Of a stretch of 64,000 nucleotides of DNA, positions 59,977 through 64,000 are shown piece by piece. This DNA is from Candidatus Omnitrophota bacterium (GTDB taxonomy: Bacteria; Omnitrophota; Gorgyraeia; Gygaellales; Profunditerraquicolaceae), in NCBI GenBank assembly GCA_026416665.1, contig JAOAET010000051.1:139800-203799 (forward strand), in the 5' to 3' direction. The notes beneath the pieces are model-generated. The model was not told the origin of the DNA, did not search any database, and saw nothing but the letters and a program-made list of their open reading frames with translations. Made by a program: the position numbers and the translations under genes. Positions within the stretch are counted from its first letter, which is position 1; each line of letters starts with the position of its first letter.

Positions 59977-61395
59977 TTATTTTTTACTGTTTAGATATAA
60001 ATCAATGGCCTTTGCAGCTTTACGACCCGCACCCATTGCAGTAATAACCGTAGCTGCACCTGTTACCACATCTCCTCCTGCAAATACACCTGCAAGAGAT
60101 GTCTGTCCATTCTCATCTGCCTCAATCTCACCTTTCTTTTTTACCTTTAATCCCGGAGTGGTTCGCGAAATAATCGGATTGGGAGTGTTACCAATAGCTA
60201 CAATTACCTCATCGACATCTAACAAGAACTCAGAACCTGCTATGGGAATTGGACTTCTACGGCCTGAGGCATCGGGTTCACCTAATTTCATCTTAATACA
60301 TTCTACTTGTCTTACCATCCCTGAATCATTACCCAAATAGCGAATAGGATTAGTAAGTAAGCAAAAATCAATTCCCTCTTCTTTAGCTCTTTCAATCTCT
60401 TCTTGACGTGCAGGCATTTCTGTTTCTGAACGTCGATAGATTAAATATACATGCTCAGCGCCCAAACGCAAAGCAGTTCTTGCAGAATCCATAGCGACAT
60501 TGCCACCACCAATAACTGCAACAAATTTACCCCGTTTTACCGGTGTATCATACTCAGGGAACTTATAAGCCTGCATTAAATTAACACGTGTTAGAAACTC
60601 GTTTGCCGAATAAATTCCACCCAAATTTTCGCCTGGAATACCCATAAAATTAGGAAGACCTGCACCCGCACCAATAAAAATAGCTTGAAAACCTTCTTTA
60701 AAAAGGTCTTCTATAGTCAATGCTCTACCAATTAGGGCATTAGTTACAAAATTTACTCCTAATTCTGCTAACTTTTCTATCTCCGCCTGAACAATTGCTT
60801 TAGGTAGACGAAATTCTGGTATCCCGTACACTAACACTCCCCCTAACTTATGGTAACCTTCAAAGACAGTAACCTCATAGCCCATTTTGGCTAATTCTGC
60901 AGCACACGTTAATCCTGCTGGCCCTGACCCAACCACTGCTACCTTCTTATTTTTCTTCGGTACGCTTATTAATACTGCTGTCTTTTGTTTTTTTCTATTA
61001 GCTAAATCCCAGTCAGCTAAAAACCGTTCTAGTCTTCCAATAGAAATAGGGTCGCCCATTTTTTTCATCACACAAACTGCCTGACACTGTTCTTCCTGGG
61101 GGCAAACACGACCAGTCATACAAGGCAGGGAATCGTTTTCGTGAATTATATCAATTGCCTTTTGGAACTCCTTCTGACGCAGGGCCTTTATAAAGGAAGG
61201 TATATCTATGTGAACCGGACAGCCTTCTACACAAGGTTTCTTCGCACATTGAAGACAACGCGATGCTTCTTCAATTGCCTCTTGTTCGTTATAACCTAAG
61301 GGAACCTCATTAAAATTTTTAATGCGCTCTACAACTGGCTGTTGGCGCATTGGAACTGCTTTTTTCTTAATTTCCATAATATATAGCTTTTGCAA
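59977..61395 (-). CDS. nfnB: NfnB/SudA-type (GltD-like) transhydrogenase large subunit
   Basis: RIKNFNEV, RCLQC...CVEGCPV, GRVCPQEEQC, YSANEFLTRVNLM, YRRS; paired with an NfnA homolog. Confidence 0.88.
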   Translation of the reverse strand: MQKLYIMEIKKKAVPMRQQPVVERIKNFNEVPLGYNEQEAIEEASRCLQCAKKPCVEGCPVHIDIPSFIKALRQKEFQKAIDIIHENDSLPCMTGRVCPQEEQCQAVCVMKKMGDPISIGRLERFLADWDLANRKKQKTAVLISVPKKNKKVAVVGSGPAGLTCAAELAKMGYEVTVFEGYHKLGGVLVYGIPEFRLPKAIVQAEIEKLAELGVNFVTNALIGRALTIEDLFKEGFQAIFIGAGAGLPNFMGIPGENLGGIYSANEFLTRVNLMQAYKFPEYDTPVKRGKFVAVIGGGNVAMDSARTALRLGAEHVYLIYRRSETEMPARQEEIERAKEEGIDFCLLTNPIRYLGNDSGMVRQVECIKMKLGEPDASGRRSPIPIAGSEFLLDVDEVIVAIGNTPNPIISRTTPGLKVKKKGEIEADENGQTSLAGVFAGGDVVTGAATVITAMGAGRKAAKAIDLYLNSKK

Positions 61396-61421
61396 AATTT
61401 TACTTTCTTAAATAAGTAATA

Positions 61422-62234
61422 TTATTTTTTACAGCAATAACATTCCTCCTCTCTATAGGTATCCAGACGTTTTATCAAAAGGTCAAAATTAACTTGATGG
61501 CCATCAAAGTCAGGGCCATCCATACAAGTAAAATAGGTCTTACCACCCACCTCTACACGACAGGCACCGCACATACCCATTGCACAAACCATAAGCGAAT
61601 TAAGACTAACTATTGTTTTTATATTATAAGGACGTGTCAATTCTGCCACTGCCTTCATCATTACCGCTGGACCAATAGCGAAGATAACAGAAGGCTTGTA
61701 ATCTTCGGCAATAAGTGTCTTTAAAATATCTGTGACAAAACCTTTTTGCCCGTAAGAACCATCATTGGTAGTAATAAATAACTGGTCTGTCACCAAACGC
61801 ATCTTTTCTTCCCAGAAGACATATTCTTTGGAACGATAACCAATAATAGCAGTAACAACGTTACCTTTTTCTTTTAGTGCTCGTGCAATAGGAAAAACAG
61901 CAGCAACACCAATACCACCGCCAACTAAAATAACTTTACCATAAAGTGCTATTTCTGTTGGATTACCTTGAGGACCCAGCACATCTAAAAGATAATCACC
62001 TTTTCTTAATGAAGCAAGAAGTTGTGTTGTTTTGCCTACCTCTTGGAATACCAAGGCTATAGTGCCTTGATTGCGTTCAAAATCCGCAATCGTCAAAGGT
62101 ATACGCTCTCCCTGTTGGTGTATTCTAACAATTACAAATTGCCCTGGCTGTGCTTTAGCAGAAATAATCGGTGCCTCTATTAAAACATAGTGTGTCTTGG
62201 AAGCTAGTTTGTATTTATCAATTATCTTAAACAT
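61422..62234 (-). CDS. nfnA: NfnA/SudB-type transhydrogenase small subunit
   Basis: AQPGQFVI...GERIPLTIAD, GGGIG, MV.C.MGMCGACRV...CMDGPDFDGH. Confidence 0.88.
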   Translation of the reverse strand: MFKIIDKYKLASKTHYVLIEAPIISAKAQPGQFVIVRIHQQGERIPLTIADFERNQGTIALVFQEVGKTTQLLASLRKGDYLLDVLGPQGNPTEIALYGKVILVGGGIGVAAVFPIARALKEKGNVVTAIIGYRSKEYVFWEEKMRLVTDQLFITTNDGSYGQKGFVTDILKTLIAEDYKPSVIFAIGPAVMMKAVAELTRPYNIKTIVSLNSLMVCAMGMCGACRVEVGGKTYFTCMDGPDFDGHQVNFDLLIKRLDTYREEECYCCKK

Positions 62235-62244
62235 ATTACTATTT

Positions 62245-63435
62245 TTATTGTTGTGCTAAGCGATAAGTATCTTGTGCTATCTGTAATTCCTCATTCGTAG
62301 GGATAACAAAAATTTTAACCAAAGAATTATCTGCACTAATTAGACACTCTTGCGTAGGCAAAGCAGTGTTGTTTTTTGTCTCATCTAAAATTATACCTAA
62401 CTGTTTAAGCCCTTTTAAACAAAGTTCTCTTATAAATGCATTATTTTGCCCTATACCACCTGTAAAGATAAGCGCATCCACTTCACCTAATACCGCAAAA
62501 TATGCCCCGATATATTTTTTTATACGATAGCAGAATATCTCTATAGCAATCCGAGCACGTTCTTCTCCTTTTCTACTTGCTTCAACTAAATTGCGCATAT
62601 CGTTAGAAACACCAGAGATTCCTAACAGACCACTACGTTTATTAAGGATTGCGTTAATTTCGTCTATAGAATATCCTTTGTCTGCAAGATAGAATATAAT
62701 CGCAGGGTCAATATCTCCTGAGCGTGTACCCATCACCAATCCTTCTAAAGGGGTAAGTCCCATACTGGTATCAACAGACCTTCCTTTTTCAACAGCAGTG
62801 ATGCTACAGCCATTTCCCAAGTGACAACTTATTAAGTTTGCCTGTGGTTTATTAAGAAGTAAGGAGGCTCTTCTGCAAACATATAGATGGGATGTCCCAT
62901 GGAATCCATATTTGCGTATCTTGTATTTTTTATAAAAATCAAAAGGTATAGCATATAAATAAGCCTGAGGAGAAAGGCTTTGGTGGAAGGCTGTATCAAA
63001 TACTGCTACCTGAGTAGCATAAGGTAAAAATTTCTTACACGCCATAATTCCCATCAGGTTCGGTGGATTATGTAATGGCGCTAATTCTGAAAATTTTTTT
63101 ATCTGAGCAATTACCTCATCACTAATAATCACAGAAGAAGTAAACTCTTCGCCTCCATGAACTACACGATGGCCAATACCCTTAATCTCTTCTGGCGAAG
63201 ATACTGCTCCTTTCTGAGAATCAGTCAATAATGATAAAATAATCATTACCCCTTTTTCATGGTCAATAATTTTCTCTTTTGCCTCTATCTGACCTTGTTC
63301 ACTTTTATAGGTAACAAAACTGGTTTCTTCTCCTATCTTTTCAATAAGACCTTTGGCGAGGACCTTTTCTTCGGGCATGGCAAAAAGCTGGAATTTTATA
63401 GAGGAGCTACCTGAATTTATTACGAGGATTTTCAT
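62245..63435 (-). CDS. ackA: Acetate kinase
   Basis: LVINSGSSSIK, GHRVVHGG, LAPLHNP, FDTAFH, GFHGTSH, HLGNG, TNEE. Confidence 0.96.
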   Translation of the reverse strand: MKILVINSGSSSIKFQLFAMPEEKVLAKGLIEKIGEETSFVTYKSEQGQIEAKEKIIDHEKGVMIILSLLTDSQKGAVSSPEEIKGIGHRVVHGGEEFTSSVIISDEVIAQIKKFSELAPLHNPPNLMGIMACKKFLPYATQVAVFDTAFHQSLSPQAYLYAIPFDFYKKYKIRKYGFHGTSHLYVCRRASLLLNKPQANLISCHLGNGCSITAVEKGRSVDTSMGLTPLEGLVMGTRSGDIDPAIIFYLADKGYSIDEINAILNKRSGLLGISGVSNDMRNLVEASRKGEERARIAIEIFCYRIKKYIGAYFAVLGEVDALIFTGGIGQNNAFIRELCLKGLKQLGIILDETKNNTALPTQECLISADNSLVKIFVIPTNEELQIAQDTYRLAQQ

Positions 63436-63464
63436 GGGAGATTCTCTTTAAAAAACGTTACCTT

Positions 63465-63492
63465 ATTCTACCATACTTTAGCGTATGGTCAA
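63465..63492 (-). promoter_or_regulatory. sigma70 promoter of the ackA-nfn-hyd operon with an internal palindrome
   Basis: TTGACC-N16-TAGAAT containing ACCATAC-N6-GTATGGT (63470-63489). Confidence 0.55.
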
Positions 63493-63522
63493 GCTTACTT
63501 AAAACTCAAAAGACTTCTTTTA

Positions 63523-64000
63523 TTATTGGTAACGATACAAACTGAGGCGTTTAATACGCTTGAGCATATTAGGATGTGTACTATAAAGCTCAAGCATTTT
63601 TTCGGTGAAACTTAACCGAACTTGTTTTTGTCTGATAGCTTCTAATTCTGAAGGCTCAATACTACCGCTTCGATTAAGGTCTAATTCTTTTAAATCAAAC
63701 AACTCCTGTTTTGCCCGCGATGGGTCGCTTGCGAAAAATGCCTTAAGACCTTCTACCTCATAAAACTTTTCTCTCTCAAGACGTGCTGCACCGTAAACAA
63801 GTTTAAAAAGCGCAGAAGCAAGATTAGAGGGTTTATTTCCTAACTTTACGGAACCAATATCCGCAAAATACTCTCTTATCCTTGAACCATACAGAACCAG
63901 AAGACTGCTTATAAGGTAAAAAATAAAAGCTGCCAGCCCAATAAGCACAGTATTTGAATTACGCTCGCGTCTGCGGTAACCAAAGACAAAATTAAGGTAA
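63523..64000 (-). CDS. htpX: HtpX-like M48 zinc metalloprotease, C-terminal part (starts beyond the window)
   Basis: SRIREYFAD, P..LASALFKL, ELYSTHP...KRI. Confidence 0.8.
   Translation of the reverse strand, partial: YLNFVFGYRRRERNSNTVLIGLAAFIFYLISSLLVLYGSRIREYFADIGSVKLGNKPSNLASALFKLVYGAARLEREKFYEVEGLKAFFASDPSRAKQELFDLKELDLNRSGSIEPSELEAIRQKQVRLSFTEKMLELYSTHPNMLKRIKRLSLYRYQ

Overview
AT-rich bacterial chromosome segment from an anaerobic diderm (LPS genes, TonB receptor, V/A-ATPase, [FeFe]-hydrogenase; the gene mix is reminiscent of Omnitrophota/PVC anaerobes, but that is only an impression). Almost all genes are on the minus strand. Left to right: LPS/lipid A genes (rfaE, msbA, Gfo/Idh/MocA, lpxB), an HD-GYP/helical-protein pair, M48 peptidase, a divergent L27, beta-CASP hydrolase, DUF1846, PilZ-PilT, a V/A-ATPase operon that runs on into usp and PTS IIA, an ~18 kb glutamine-centred cluster (PII-amtB-PII, alternative sigma, nadE, half-length carB, carA, pyrG, gltDB, NtrC/Fis-type HTH protein, GSIII), a flippase, the hydGEF maturases, a TonB/ABC metal-uptake operon, SOD, and an ackA-nfnAB-hydCBA operon. 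The most notable signal is a candidate multi-layer nitrogen regulatory circuit read from the intergenic DNA. (1) A bipartite motif GTTACCA-N10-TTTTTTACTTGTA occurs upstream of both glnK-amtB and glnA and may be the promoter of the embedded sigma factor. (2) ANTAR-like AnnGnn hexaloop hairpins overlap terminators in four leaders. (3) TGC-N11-GCA palindromes may be sites for a stand-alone NtrC-type HTH protein. (4) A possible leader-derived sRNA is complementary to the start of pyrG. Also seen: an attenuator in front of the hydrogenase maturases, paired NikR-like sites, and an IS256-like remnant beside the split carB. No rRNA, tRNA or CRISPR array was recognised. All functional calls come from reading motifs by eye; no searches were run.
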